Origin: an uncultured bacterium
GTDB lineage: Bacteria; Krumholzibacteriota; Krumholzibacteriia; Krumholzibacteriales; Krumholzibacteriaceae
Direction: 5' to 3'
Length of the DNA: 64,000 bases
Assembly: GCA_963813815.1 (NCBI GenBank)
Contig: CAWFAD010000016.1
Coordinates: forward strand, 96,001 to 160,000
Each line of letters begins with the position of its first letter. Positions within the stretch are counted from its first letter, which is position 1. The position numbers were made by a program, and so were the translations under genes. The notes below the pieces were generated by a model. That model was not told the DNA's origin, did no database searches, and saw only the letters and a program-made list of their open reading frames with translations. This document shows positions 20,600 through 30,449 of the stretch, one piece after another.

Positions 20600-22003
20600 A
20601 TGCTCATCGATTCCCACGTCCATCTCGACATGCGGGAGTTCCGCGACGACCTCGACGCCGTCCTCGAGCGCGCCGCCTCCGCCGGCGTCGTCGAGATGCT
20701 CCAGATATGCTACGACGCCGGATCGATCGCGAGAACGGTCGCCCTCGCGGAGCGCCATCCGGCGGTTTTCGGCGCGGCGGGCATCCATCCCCACGACGCG
20801 AAGCGCTGGAGCGGCGAGGTGGAGCGGGATATCCGCTCCGCGCTCGCGCGGCCCCGAATCGTCGCCGTCGGCGAGATCGGTCTCGATTACTACCGCGACC
20901 TCTCGCCGCGCGAGACGCAGCGGGACGTGTTCCGCCGTCAGATCCGCATCGCTCTCGAGGTTCGAAAGCCGATCGTCGTCCATTCACGGGAGGCGTTCCC
21001 CGACACGATCGCGATTCTGCGAGAGGAGGGGGCCTCGAAGGTCGGGGGAATCTTTCACGCGTTTCCCGGCGGGGTCGACGAAGCGGTGGAGGCGCTCGCC
21101 ATGAATTTTCTCATCGGCGTCGGCGGGCCGCTCACCTACAAGAACTCGCGCCTGCCGGAAACGGTCGCGCACCTTCCCTCGTCCGGCTTCGTGCTCGAGA
21201 CCGACTGCCCCTACCTTCCCCCGGAGCCGTACCGCGGAAAGCGAAACGAGCCCGCGTACGTGGGTCTCGTTCGCGACCGGCTGGCCGCGCTTCGCGGGGT
21301 GGAGCCCGCGGACATCGAGCGCGCCTCCTCCGCGAGCTACCGGCGGCTCATCCACGGCGAGCGCCGTGCGGCCCCCTCAGTCGCGTACGCCCTCAAGGGA
21401 AGCATCTACATCAACGTCACCGGATCGTGCACGAACGCCTGCGTCTTCTGCCCCCGGCTCGGCCGCGACCGGACGATCTACGGCTACAACCTCGCCCTCC
21501 CGGCGGATCCCTCCGCGGGCGAGATGATCGAGGCGGCGCGCGCTCTCGCCCGCGAGGCGGCGCCGCGCGAGATCGTTTTCTGCGGCTTCGGCGAGCCCAC
21601 CTGCCGGCTCGCCGACGTGCTCGAGACGGCCCGCGCGCTCGAGCCCCTCGGAGCGCCGCTCCGCCTCGATACGAACGGGCACGGGAGCGCGATCGCGAGG
21701 CGCGACGTCGTTCCCGATCTCGAGGAGGCCTTCGACGCCGTATCCGTGAGCCTCAACGCCCACGACGCCGCCTCCTACGAGCGGCTCTGCCGGCCGGATC
21801 GCGGCGGGGGGAAGGCCTTCGACGCCGTCCTCGACTTCATCCGGCGCGCTTCGGCGTCGAAGATGCAGTGCACCGCGACGGTCCTCGATCATCCGTGGGT
21901 CGACGTAGACGCGGCCCGGAGGCTCGTGGAGGGGATTCCGGGCGCGCTGTTTCGCGTGCGGCGGTATCACATCCAGCCGGGCGCGGGGAAAAGCGGCATA
22001 TGA
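20600..22003 (+). CDS. tatD: TatD family nuclease fused to a C-terminal radical SAM domain
   Basis: DSHVH, GIHPH, GEIGLDY and ETDCPY TatD motifs, then CTNACVFC (CxxxCxxC), FCGFGEP and DTNGHG. Confidence 0.93.
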   Translation: MLIDSHVHLDMREFRDDLDAVLERAASAGVVEMLQICYDAGSIARTVALAERHPAVFGAAGIHPHDAKRWSGEVERDIRSALARPRIVAVGEIGLDYYRDLSPRETQRDVFRRQIRIALEVRKPIVVHSREAFPDTIAILREEGASKVGGIFHAFPGGVDEAVEALAMNFLIGVGGPLTYKNSRLPETVAHLPSSGFVLETDCPYLPPEPYRGKRNEPAYVGLVRDRLAALRGVEPADIERASSASYRRLIHGERRAAPSVAYALKGSIYINVTGSCTNACVFCPRLGRDRTIYGYNLALPADPSAGEMIEAARALAREAAPREIVFCGFGEPTCRLADVLETARALEPLGAPLRLDTNGHGSAIARRDVVPDLEEAFDAVSVSLNAHDAASYERLCRPDRGGGKAFDAVLDFIRRASASKMQCTATVLDHPWVDVDAARRLVEGIPGALFRVRRYHIQPGAGKSGI

Positions 22004-22846
22004 TGACCCCCATCGAAAAAAAGTTCCCGCGGGCCAAAAAGAGCCTCGGGCAGAATTTTCTCGCGGCCCCCGCCGTGGCGGAGCATATCGCCGCGGCGCT
22101 CGGGGCCGGCCCGGGGGAGCTCGTCCTCGAGATCGGCCCGGGCCGGGGCGCCCTCACGGCGCCGCTCGCGGCGACGGGGGCGCGCGTGGCCGCCTTCGAG
22201 ATCGACGCCTCCCTCGCCGAGCGCCTGCGGGAGAGCTTCGCCGCGCGGGCGAACGTCGAAATCCTTCTCGCGGACATACGCGAAACGGATCTCGACGCCG
22301 AAGCGGCCTCCCGAGGAGCCGAGACCTTCAAGCTCGCGGGCAACATCCCCTACCAGCTCACGAGCTCGATCCTGATCGATCTCTCGCGGTGGCGGCGCCT
22401 GTGCCGCGGCCGCGCTCATGGTGCAGCGCGAGGTGGGCGAGCGGATACTCGCCGCTCCCGGGAAGCGCGCCTGCGGTATTCTCTCGATTTTTCTCCAGAG
22501 CTACTTTATAATCGATCGTGTCATGACGGTCCGCCCCGGGTCTTTCACGCCGCCCCCGAAGGTCGTGAGCGTGGTTCTCCGTTTCACTCCAACAGAGCAG
22601 GCGAACGCCCCCGTCGACAGGCTCGATTTCCTCGCCTTTCTCAAGGGCTGCTTCGGACAGAGGCGCAAGAAGCTGCGAAACGTCGTCGGCGAGGCGCTCG
22701 CCGGCGAGGGGGCGCCGTCGCTCGAGGATCTCTCCCGCCGAACCGGGATCGATTTCGACGCCCGCCCCGAGGAGCTCGCGCTCGCGCAGTGGTACGGGCT
22801 CTACGGCGCGTCGCGCCGCCCGGCCGGAGAAGGGAGCGCGAGATGA
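22000..22846 (+). CDS. rsmA: 16S rRNA adenine dimethyltransferase, with an apparent +1 indel near 22402
   Basis: KKSLGQNFL, LEIGPGRGALT and GNIPYQ in one frame; MVQREV, FTPPPKV and FGQRRKKLRN in the next frame. Confidence 0.93.
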
Positions 22847-24811
22847 GGGCGCGGGCGATAGCGTTCATAGCGTGCGCGCTCGTTTCGTGGTGCGCCGCCT
22901 CGCGCCCGGCGGCCGCCGCGGATGCGCCTCAGCAGCCCGCCCAGAGCCCCGTCGACACCGCCGCTCAGGTTCCCGATTCGATCGCGGCCGCGGTCGACCG
23001 CTTCGTTCCGGCGAACGGCACCAGCATGAAGGCGAACGAGAACGACATGAGCCTCGGCAACGTCTCGAGGGTGTCGTTCGACGCGGGCTCGGGCTGGACG
23101 CTTCTGAGTGCGCTCTCGGCAGAGCGGCGTCACTACCGCACGCAGAAGATGACCGACGTCATGGAAAGCTTCATCGTGCAGGCGTCGAAGGTCGCGCCCG
23201 AGCTCTACGTCTTCAACGCCGGCATCGGGCAAAGCTACAGCAAGAAGAAGACCCTCGGTCTCGGGCGCTACGGCAAGGACATCGTTTTCGACAATCAATC
23301 GGCGAACGCGGTCTTGAGTCTCGTCTCGCCGCGCCTCGGCGCGCAGTCGTCGAACCTCACGTTCATGGCGGAGGGGCGCCGCGGCACGAACGACTTCAAG
23401 TTCGACCGGACGGTGGGCGGGAGCGTGAGCGGCGCTCTCGCGTACGCCGCGGGAGACGCCCTCGCCGCGAGCGGCGGATTCGGAACGATGCGGCGCGTCG
23501 AATCGAGCGAGATCGGCGGCCGGAACTTCTCCCGGATGCCGAGCACGGCCGACACGATACGCGCGGGGTTGAGCTACGGAACGGGAGACAAGAAGATACT
23601 CCAGGTGAGCTACCTCCGGAGCAACGGCGTCGAGCGGCAGGTCATGCCGCCGCTCGGCAACTCGCTCGAGATCCTCGACGATCCCTCGAAGGCCACGCAG
23701 GAGGAGGCGCGCGGGCGGCTCCGGGAGCTCAGCGTCGGCTCGGCGCTCGCGCCGTTCGCCTTTCTCTCGATGGACATACAGTTTCTCCACAAGCTCGAGA
23801 GCCAGACCTTCCTCGTCGACAGCCGCCGCTCAGGCGAGAGCGAGAACACGTCGATCGAGGCGAACGGCTACCTATCGATACGCGAAAACGGGGGGGCTCC
23901 GGTTCGGGGTGACGAGAAGCGAGCGCGTGAGCGACTACGGCCCCAAGTCGCTCTCGAGCATGACCATTCGCGAGTATGCGCTTCGGGGAGGCCTCATTCA
24001 GGCCTTCAGCGACTCCACCATCGAGTTTTCGGCGATGGGATCGGGAAGGCTCCAGCAGAACTTTTACAAGCAGAGCGACGTGAACCCCCGCGACGGGGAC
24101 ATGCTCGCCTATAGCGGTGAGGGGACGATCAAGGCCAAGATCCTCCCGCGAGTCTCCGCGAACATTACGGGAGCCGCCTCGCGATACGAGACGATCTACA
24201 TCAACGCGACCCTCTCGGGGGATAACCGCGTCGACTACCAGTACCGGGTCGGCCCCACGATCTACCTCAAGCCTCTCGAGTGGCTGAGCGTCACGCAGGA
24301 TTACACGGTCAAGATCGAGTTCACCGATTTCGTCTTTACCGAGGACAAGAACTACCTCAACCGCAGCACGACGCTCAACACGCGAGCCGACATGACGCCG
24401 ACGCAGCGCACGGCGATCTTCTTTCGCCACAGCTATCTCATGAGGGACACGGGGAGCTACCTGCGAAAGAACGGTCGGGAGCTCTACAGCCCGAACAACC
24501 GGAACATCGAGAACAGCCTCGCTTTCGACGTGAGGTACACGCTGAGCCCCGAGTTTCTGATCAAGGCGCAGGCCGATTTCCGGACGCAGGAGAGCGGCAC
24601 CTACGGCATGATCGGCACGCGGCGGGGGATCGTGCGGACGACGATATACGAGTCCGGGGGGTTCAAGGTCGGTTTCGCGAGAAAGAAGGAGATCTGGAAC
24701 TCCGGGAGCGTCGATCTCGACGTGGCCTACGCGCGGAATTACGGAACGTTCATCACCGAGGCCCGAAAGGAATTTTGGGAAGTCAACTCGGCGGTCAATC
24801 TCAAGTTCTAG
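22843..24811 (+). CDS. Hypothetical outer-membrane beta-barrel protein, with an apparent +1 indel near 23866
   Basis: Signal peptide MRARAIAF...AAA, alternating amphipathic beta-strand pattern, C-terminal ...WEVNSAVNLKF. Removing one G joins the two ORF halves (..N-ATYRYAKTGGLRFGVTRSE..). Confidence 0.72.
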
Positions 24812-24821
24812 GAGGAATGCC

Positions 24822-25409
24822 ATGAAAAGCGGCAAAATAGCCGCCGCTCTTATCCTCATTCTCGTCTCGTCGCAGGGATGCCTCTTCGACCCGCGCGACT
24901 CCGAGCCGCCGGAGACGGGCGAGGTGGATACCTGGATCGTGCCGAACACGCCGAAAGACGTGTTCCTCAACCTCGCGAGCGGATGGGTCTCGGCCAAGAA
25001 CTCGAACTACGAGAGAAGCCTCGACCCCGAGTTCCGGTTCTACCCCCGCCCCGAGGACGAAGCTCTCTTTGGCAACCCGCAGCTTTTCGCGGACTGGACG
25101 AAGGAGGTCGAGATCGCGTGGCTCACGCGGGTCAAGGAGGAGTACCCGGGCGCGAGAACGATCCAGTTTGGCGATGCCGACGGAGTCTTTGCCTATGAGG
25201 TCGTGGAAGTCGGCAGGGCGACGTATGAGGGCCAATATCTCATGACCGTCGATCCGGGCGATGGAAACGTGGAAACCTACGCCGGGATCGCGCGCTTCAT
25301 TGTCGTTCAGGGCACGCTGGGCTGGGTGCTCACGGAATGGCGGGACCTCGACGTGAACGGCAGCTTCCCGACCTCGGGCTACCTTCGCGGCGTGCTTCGC
25401 GCTTTATAA
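24822..25409 (+). CDS. Hypothetical lipoprotein, paralog 1 (possibly NTF2/SnoaL-like fold)
   Basis: AGGAGG RBS, lipobox SQGC; distant similarity to the next two genes. Confidence 0.8.
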   Translation: MKSGKIAAALILILVSSQGCLFDPRDSEPPETGEVDTWIVPNTPKDVFLNLASGWVSAKNSNYERSLDPEFRFYPRPEDEALFGNPQLFADWTKEVEIAWLTRVKEEYPGARTIQFGDADGVFAYEVVEVGRATYEGQYLMTVDPGDGNVETYAGIARFIVVQGTLGWVLTEWRDLDVNGSFPTSGYLRGVLRAL

Positions 25410-25462
25410 CGCGGCGTGGCTATAGCATCCATACGTAAGATATACCGGACAGAATTGTCCTC

Positions 25463-25491
25463 TTGATTGCCCCGAGCGGATATGCTATCAT
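25463..25491 (+). promoter_or_regulatory. Putative sigma70 promoter for lipoprotein paralog 2
   Basis: TTGATT-N17-TATCAT with a TG extended -10, followed by AGGAGG RBS. Confidence 0.5.
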
Positions 25492-25510
25492 TGCAGCAGG
25501 AGGTTTATGT

Positions 25511-26098
25511 ATGCGCACTATGCCTGCTTCTAGGTTCATCTATACCCTTTTCCTTTTGTCGCTCATCACCGTTTCCGGATGCATCCTGAGCCCCGAGGAG
25601 GATGTGATACCACCCGATCCGACCGAAATCTACAAGCCCCTAACCGACAGGGAAAACGTAATTTATAACCTTGTTCAAACCTATAAGTATACCGACATCG
25701 AAAAATATCAGGAGCTTCTGCACCCCGATTACATCTGGCGCAATCAGGATCTCGATATCGAGCTGGGAAAGGTGCCGAGCGAATTCTATACGCGGGATGA
25801 GGATATCCTAGGCACGAGCGGTCTTTTCAAGGCAAAGCTCGGAACCCACGAGGACCCGGAGGCGGTGGTGGAGTCTATCGAGCTCTTGATCCAGTCCGGC
25901 TCCTGGGTTCCTTTCACCTTAGAAGGCACCCCATGCGAGGATTGCTGGGAGACCTCTCGCATATATGAGCTTACCGTCACGCTGCCCACCAAAACCTTGT
26001 ATGCGAACGATCTCGTGAAATTCGTCGTCGTCCCGGTGATGGTGGATGGGCAGAAGCTCTACAAGATTTGGCGCGGGGACGATGTTCTGAGCAACTAG
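25511..26098 (+). CDS. Hypothetical lipoprotein, paralog 2
   Basis: Lipobox VSGC; YKPLTDRENVIYNLV, LLHPDY and CEDCWET motifs shared with paralog 3. Confidence 0.82.
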   Translation: MRTMPASRFIYTLFLLSLITVSGCILSPEEDVIPPDPTEIYKPLTDRENVIYNLVQTYKYTDIEKYQELLHPDYIWRNQDLDIELGKVPSEFYTRDEDILGTSGLFKAKLGTHEDPEAVVESIELLIQSGSWVPFTLEGTPCEDCWETSRIYELTVTLPTKTLYANDLVKFVVVPVMVDGQKLYKIWRGDDVLSN

Positions 26099-26135
26099 CG
26101 GCTCTCGGATTCGAATCGAAAAAGGAGATCGGGGG

Positions 26136-26740
26136 ATGATCTCGAAATGCGCGCGCGGCGCGGCGCTCTTCGTCGCGGCCGGGCTGTTCCTTTTTTCCGG
26201 ATGCATCTTCGGGACGGACGACGAGAGCGAGCCGAAGGAGCCCGTGCCCGATTACCGGCCTCTCACCGACAAAGAGAACGTCATCCACAATCTCGTCGAA
26301 TCCTACAAATGGGCCGATATTGAAGAATACACGGAGCTCTTGCATCCCGATTACGTCTGGTTCAACCAGCCCGAGGATGTCATTTTGCGTGGATTGCCTG
26401 AGTTCTATACGCGGGAGCAGGACAGCGCCATGACGGGCGGTCTCTTCAGCGCTAAGCTGGGGACTCACGAGGACCCGCTTGCGGAAATCGAGTCCCTCAC
26501 GCTCACGATCTCGAGCGGCGGGTGGCTCGACGTTACGGAATTGAACGGCGACCCGTGCGAGGACTGCTGGGAGACTGACGCGACCATACGTGCTTATCGT
26601 CACCATGCCGGACGAAGACGCTGTACGCAAACGATCTCGTGAGATTCATCGTCGTCCCCGTGATCGAGAATGAGCAAAAGCTCTACAAGCTGATCCGGGC
26701 CGACGATATCCGCCGCCAATTGACTTTTCCCGCCCCTTGA
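26136..26740 (+). CDS. Hypothetical lipoprotein, paralog 3, with indels near 26576 and 26604
   Basis: Lipobox FSGC; closely similar to paralog 2. The C-terminal [16 protein letters not shown]...[10 protein letters not shown] is recoverable in a shifted frame; the exact end is uncertain. Confidence 0.75.
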
Positions 26741-26802
26741 AACTATAGTATCGATGCCGCGCCGGAGCCGCTTCGCTCTTCGACCCTCCGCGCGGCGCAG
26801 CT

Positions 26803-27984
26803 ATGGCCAAGAAGAAATCGCACGACAGACTCAAGTACGTCGCCCTTACGCTCGCGATCGTTTTCATCGCGGCGATCGCCTTCTATCGCTTCCTCAAAAC
26901 CGAGCCCGGCAAGGTCTTTCTCGTCGATCTCGGCGTTTCGAGCGCCTACGAGAGCGTTCAAGCCGGCATGGAGCGGCGCATCGTGCGCGTCCTTCGCCGC
27001 CATGGAGTGCTGAGCAAGCAGATACGGATCGCGGACGACGAGGAATCCGGAGCCGACCGGGTGCGGCTCGTGCGCGCCGAGGCGCCGCCGGACGCTTCGC
27101 TCGTGCAGATCAACGTCGCGATCACCCGCTCGGCGCGGGCCGCGGGCGGCAAGGTGCACTCCTGCCGCGAGGGGAAGGACGGGAGCATCATCACGATGGA
27201 GATCGGCACGAAGCGCGCCGTCACCCACCGCTGCGTCGTGAGAAAGGGCTCCGAGCGCCAGCATTACGCCCAAGCCGCCGTGAAGCGCTCTCCCGTCGTC
27301 GCCGTCTGCGTCGACGACTTCGGCTTTTTCAACAACTCGCTCGTGCGGGAGCTCCTCGAGCTCGATTTTCCGCTCACGATATCGGTCATCCCCGGGCTCA
27401 AGCATTCGGAGCGCATCGCGCGGGCCGCGGCCGAGGCGGGCAAGGACGTCCTCTGCCATCTCCCGATGGAGGCCGACAAGGAGTCTTGGGACGCGGGGGA
27501 GATTCCGCTCATCCGCGTGTCGATGAAGCCGGGCGAGATCGAGCGGGCGATCGCGGAGGCGCTCGAGACGGTTCCCGGGGCGATCGGCATGAACAACCAC
27601 ATGGGCTCGCGGGCCACCGCGGACCGCGACGTGATGGAAACGGTTCTTCGTCTCTGCCGCGCCCGCGGGCTTTTCTTTCTCGACAGCATGACGACCGGAC
27701 GCTCGGTCGTTCGCGAGACGGCCCGCCGCCTCGGCGCGAGCGAGGCGGGGAACGATCTCTTCCTCGACCACGGCGAGGGCACGACCCGCGAGAACATGCA
27801 GAAGCTCCTCTCGATCGCGGCGAGGCGCGGGACGGCGATCGGCATCATTCACGTGCGGAAGGAGACGCCCGCGGATCTCCGCTGGATGGCGGACGAGGCG
27901 CGGAAAGAAGGAATCGATTTCGTCACGATACGACAGATCATAGCGAGACAGGCGATGACGGTCGCCAAAGGAGGGACCCGGTGA
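26803..27984 (+). CDS. Divergent polysaccharide deacetylase family protein (YibQ-like)
   Basis: N-terminal TM; VDDFG, HLPME, NNHMGS, FLDS, DLFLD and AIGIIH motifs. Confidence 0.9.
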   Translation: MAKKKSHDRLKYVALTLAIVFIAAIAFYRFLKTEPGKVFLVDLGVSSAYESVQAGMERRIVRVLRRHGVLSKQIRIADDEESGADRVRLVRAEAPPDASLVQINVAITRSARAAGGKVHSCREGKDGSIITMEIGTKRAVTHRCVVRKGSERQHYAQAAVKRSPVVAVCVDDFGFFNNSLVRELLELDFPLTISVIPGLKHSERIARAAAEAGKDVLCHLPMEADKESWDAGEIPLIRVSMKPGEIERAIAEALETVPGAIGMNNHMGSRATADRDVMETVLRLCRARGLFFLDSMTTGRSVVRETARRLGASEAGNDLFLDHGEGTTRENMQKLLSIAARRGTAIGIIHVRKETPADLRWMADEARKEGIDFVTIRQIIARQAMTVAKGGTR

Positions 27985-27989
27985 CGAGA

Positions 27990-28701
27990 ATGCGGCTCGG
28001 AGTCAACATCGACCACGTCGCGACGGTCCGCGAGGCGCGCAAGACGACGGAGCCCGATCCCGTGACGGCCGCGATGATGGCCGAGCAGGGGGGCGCCGAC
28101 CAGATCACCTTTCATCTGCGCGAGGACCGGCGGCACATACAGAACCGCGACGCGCGGCTCATTAGCGAGCTCGCGCAGACGCGCGTCAACATGGAGATGG
28201 CGGCGACGGCCGAGATGCAGGAGATCGCGCTCGCGCTTCGGCCCGACGCCGTGTGCCTTGTGCCCGAGCGCCGCGAAGAGGTGACCACAGAGGGCGGCCT
28301 CGATCTCGTCCACGCGAGCGATCGCGTCGGCCCGGTCGTGCGGGCGCTTCGGGAGGGAGGGATCGAGGTTTCGGCGTTCCTCAATCCCGATCAGGCCCTC
28401 ATCAAGGAAGCGGCGCGTCTCGGCTTCAGCGCGGTCGAGATTCATACGGGCGAATACGCGCGCGCGGGGCAGCGGCGAGGCGGACCGGGCGCTCCGCGCC
28501 ATCCGGGAGGCCGCCGGCGCGATCACGAAGTACGGAATGCACGCGCACGCGGGGCACGGCCTCACGTACCACAACGTGCAGCCGATCGTCGGCATCGAGG
28601 AGATCGAGGAGCTCAACATCGGGCACAGCATCATCGCGCGCGCCATCTTCGTCGGCATCGAGCAGGCGACCCGCGAGATGGCGGCGCTGCTGCGGCGCTG
28701 A
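27990..28701 (+). CDS. pdxJ: Pyridoxine 5'-phosphate synthase, with an apparent indel near 28468
   Basis: [32 protein letters not shown] and EIHTGEY motifs; then [11 protein letters not shown]...[12 protein letters not shown] in a shifted frame. Confidence 0.95.
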
Positions 28702-28735
28702 CTCGTATCCGGTATGATTCGAGGATGGGAATGAT

Positions 28736-30283
28736 ATGACCCAAATGTTCGACAAGTTGCGGCGAAACAAGTTGTCCGAATGGCTGGTCCTCGGGGCGGG
28801 GCTCACCACCTTCGTTATTGTCGTTTACGGGATATGTCTTCGATATCCCTTCATCCAAGATGACTGGGGATGGATGGCTCGTTTTCAAGGCGAATCCGCA
28901 AGTTCGATTCTCTCGATGATGTTTCGTGTCGAGGGCACCCTTTTCCAGCGACCGCTCGCCGGGCTGTATCTCTACGGGATGTATCTCGTGTTCGGCGCCA
29001 ATCCGGTGCCCTTTCATGTAATCGCGTTGGCAACCCTTATTGTAAACGCGGTTTTGGTGGCTGCTATTGTGCGATTCATAACGCGGGACCGCGTCGTTGC
29101 ATATGCGTCGTCGTTTATTTATGTGGCCGGCGCGGCCGTGCATCTCGAGACGCTCCTATGGGCAGTAGGAATTCATGATTTGGGAGGCTCGTTATTCTTC
29201 CTGCTGGCGATGCTTCTGTTCCTGCGCGGGCGCCGGATCTCCGGGGCGATGCTTTACGTTGCGGGCTGCTTTTTCAAAGAATCCGTTATTATGCTCCCGT
29301 TTGTGCTCGCGGCCTTTGCAATTATCGGGACGCCTAAAGATAGCAAGGAGAGAATGGTCGATCGATTGAAGGGCCTCACGCCTGTTGCAATTGCGTTCGT
29401 TCTTCTTGTTGCCGTAAAGATGCTCGGCGTCTCGCCGCTATCGCTCGGTTCGGAGCATTCATATTCGATGGGCGTGTTCGGACGCCACGTTTCGAACAAC
29501 ATATTCAGCTATGTGACGTGGATGTCGCAGAGCATTGATCCTTTTTTGAGCTCGAAGGGCGCCACGATGAAATTTGTCGTAAACGATTTGCTGCTTATAC
29601 TCATGGTGGCGACATGGGTGGCGGTGCGGACGCAATCGAAGAACGATGCGCGCACGCTGATCTTTTTTCTTGCATGGCTCGTAGCGGGTCTTTTGCCAGC
29701 GATCTTTTTGGTGAATCATACGTATCGATACTACGCGCTGTATTCACTGCCCGCGTTCATCGCGATCGTTCTCGTCTCTTTGCGTGTGCTGCTCGACGCG
29801 ATGAGAATGCCTCGTATGCGAGTGCAAAGATGTATCATCGCGCTCGCTTGCCTGGCGTCGCTGTTGTCAGCTCTCCAGGCGCACGCCATGCTGCGAGAGA
29901 ATTTTGGGCAGAAAACACTCGCCGACGGGACGAACTGGTTAATAAAGCGTGCGGCGACAGTCATCGTTGTGCGCGAGGGGCTTCAGAGGCAGTTGCCAGC
30001 GCCGCCTGAGGGCGCGACGTTTCTGCTCGGCGACTGCGATCTCGCAGCATTCGACTGGGAGTCAGGCCCTCAATCATGGTATGGGAATCAGAGCATCCGG
30101 GCTTATGCCCTCGAGAACTATGCTTCAGATTTGGAAGGGGCTTATGTTCTCTCTCCTGAGGAGGATGGTAAGGGGGGCGATATACGCAAGAAGCTCCGAA
30201 AAGTCAGGCTTGATGAAGCGCGAATATACGCATTCCGGCTAAGGGACGCTGAACTCATAGCCGTTCCGGCTGGGGCGCCATAA
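28736..30283 (+). CDS. Polytopic membrane protein, GT-C (ArnT/PMT-like) glycosyltransferase-like
   Basis: About 11-13 hydrophobic segments; QDD after TM1, FQRPL, KES and a late RY motif; AT-richer than the flanks. Confidence 0.6.
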   Translation: MTQMFDKLRRNKLSEWLVLGAGLTTFVIVVYGICLRYPFIQDDWGWMARFQGESASSILSMMFRVEGTLFQRPLAGLYLYGMYLVFGANPVPFHVIALATLIVNAVLVAAIVRFITRDRVVAYASSFIYVAGAAVHLETLLWAVGIHDLGGSLFFLLAMLLFLRGRRISGAMLYVAGCFFKESVIMLPFVLAAFAIIGTPKDSKERMVDRLKGLTPVAIAFVLLVAVKMLGVSPLSLGSEHSYSMGVFGRHVSNNIFSYVTWMSQSIDPFLSSKGATMKFVVNDLLLILMVATWVAVRTQSKNDARTLIFFLAWLVAGLLPAIFLVNHTYRYYALYSLPAFIAIVLVSLRVLLDAMRMPRMRVQRCIIALACLASLLSALQAHAMLRENFGQKTLADGTNWLIKRAATVIVVREGLQRQLPAPPEGATFLLGDCDLAAFDWESGPQSWYGNQSIRAYALENYASDLEGAYVLSPEEDGKGGDIRKKLRKVRLDEARIYAFRLRDAELIAVPAGAP

Positions 30284-30449
30284 AATGTGTAGGAAACACG
30301 AATAGCGCTGCAACGGAAGGAAGAATAAGGGATTGATCCCCAATGCTCTGGGGCATAGATTGCCGAAGGAAAAGGTGAGAAAACCGTTGCTAACTAAATG
30401 GGGCCCGAATACGATTATGCAGCGGCTTGTTCTCTGTTGAAAGGAGGCG

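Noticed and set aside
20707..24114. 1135-aa ORF apparently fusing RsmA to an outer-membrane protein
   Set aside because: Artefact. It strings together an off-frame stretch of tatD, the rsmA N-terminal half and the barrel N-terminal half because of the indel near 22402.
26754..28739. 661-aa ORF containing PdxJ motifs
   Set aside because: The N-terminal part is an off-frame read of the YibQ-like gene; pdxJ starts near 27990.
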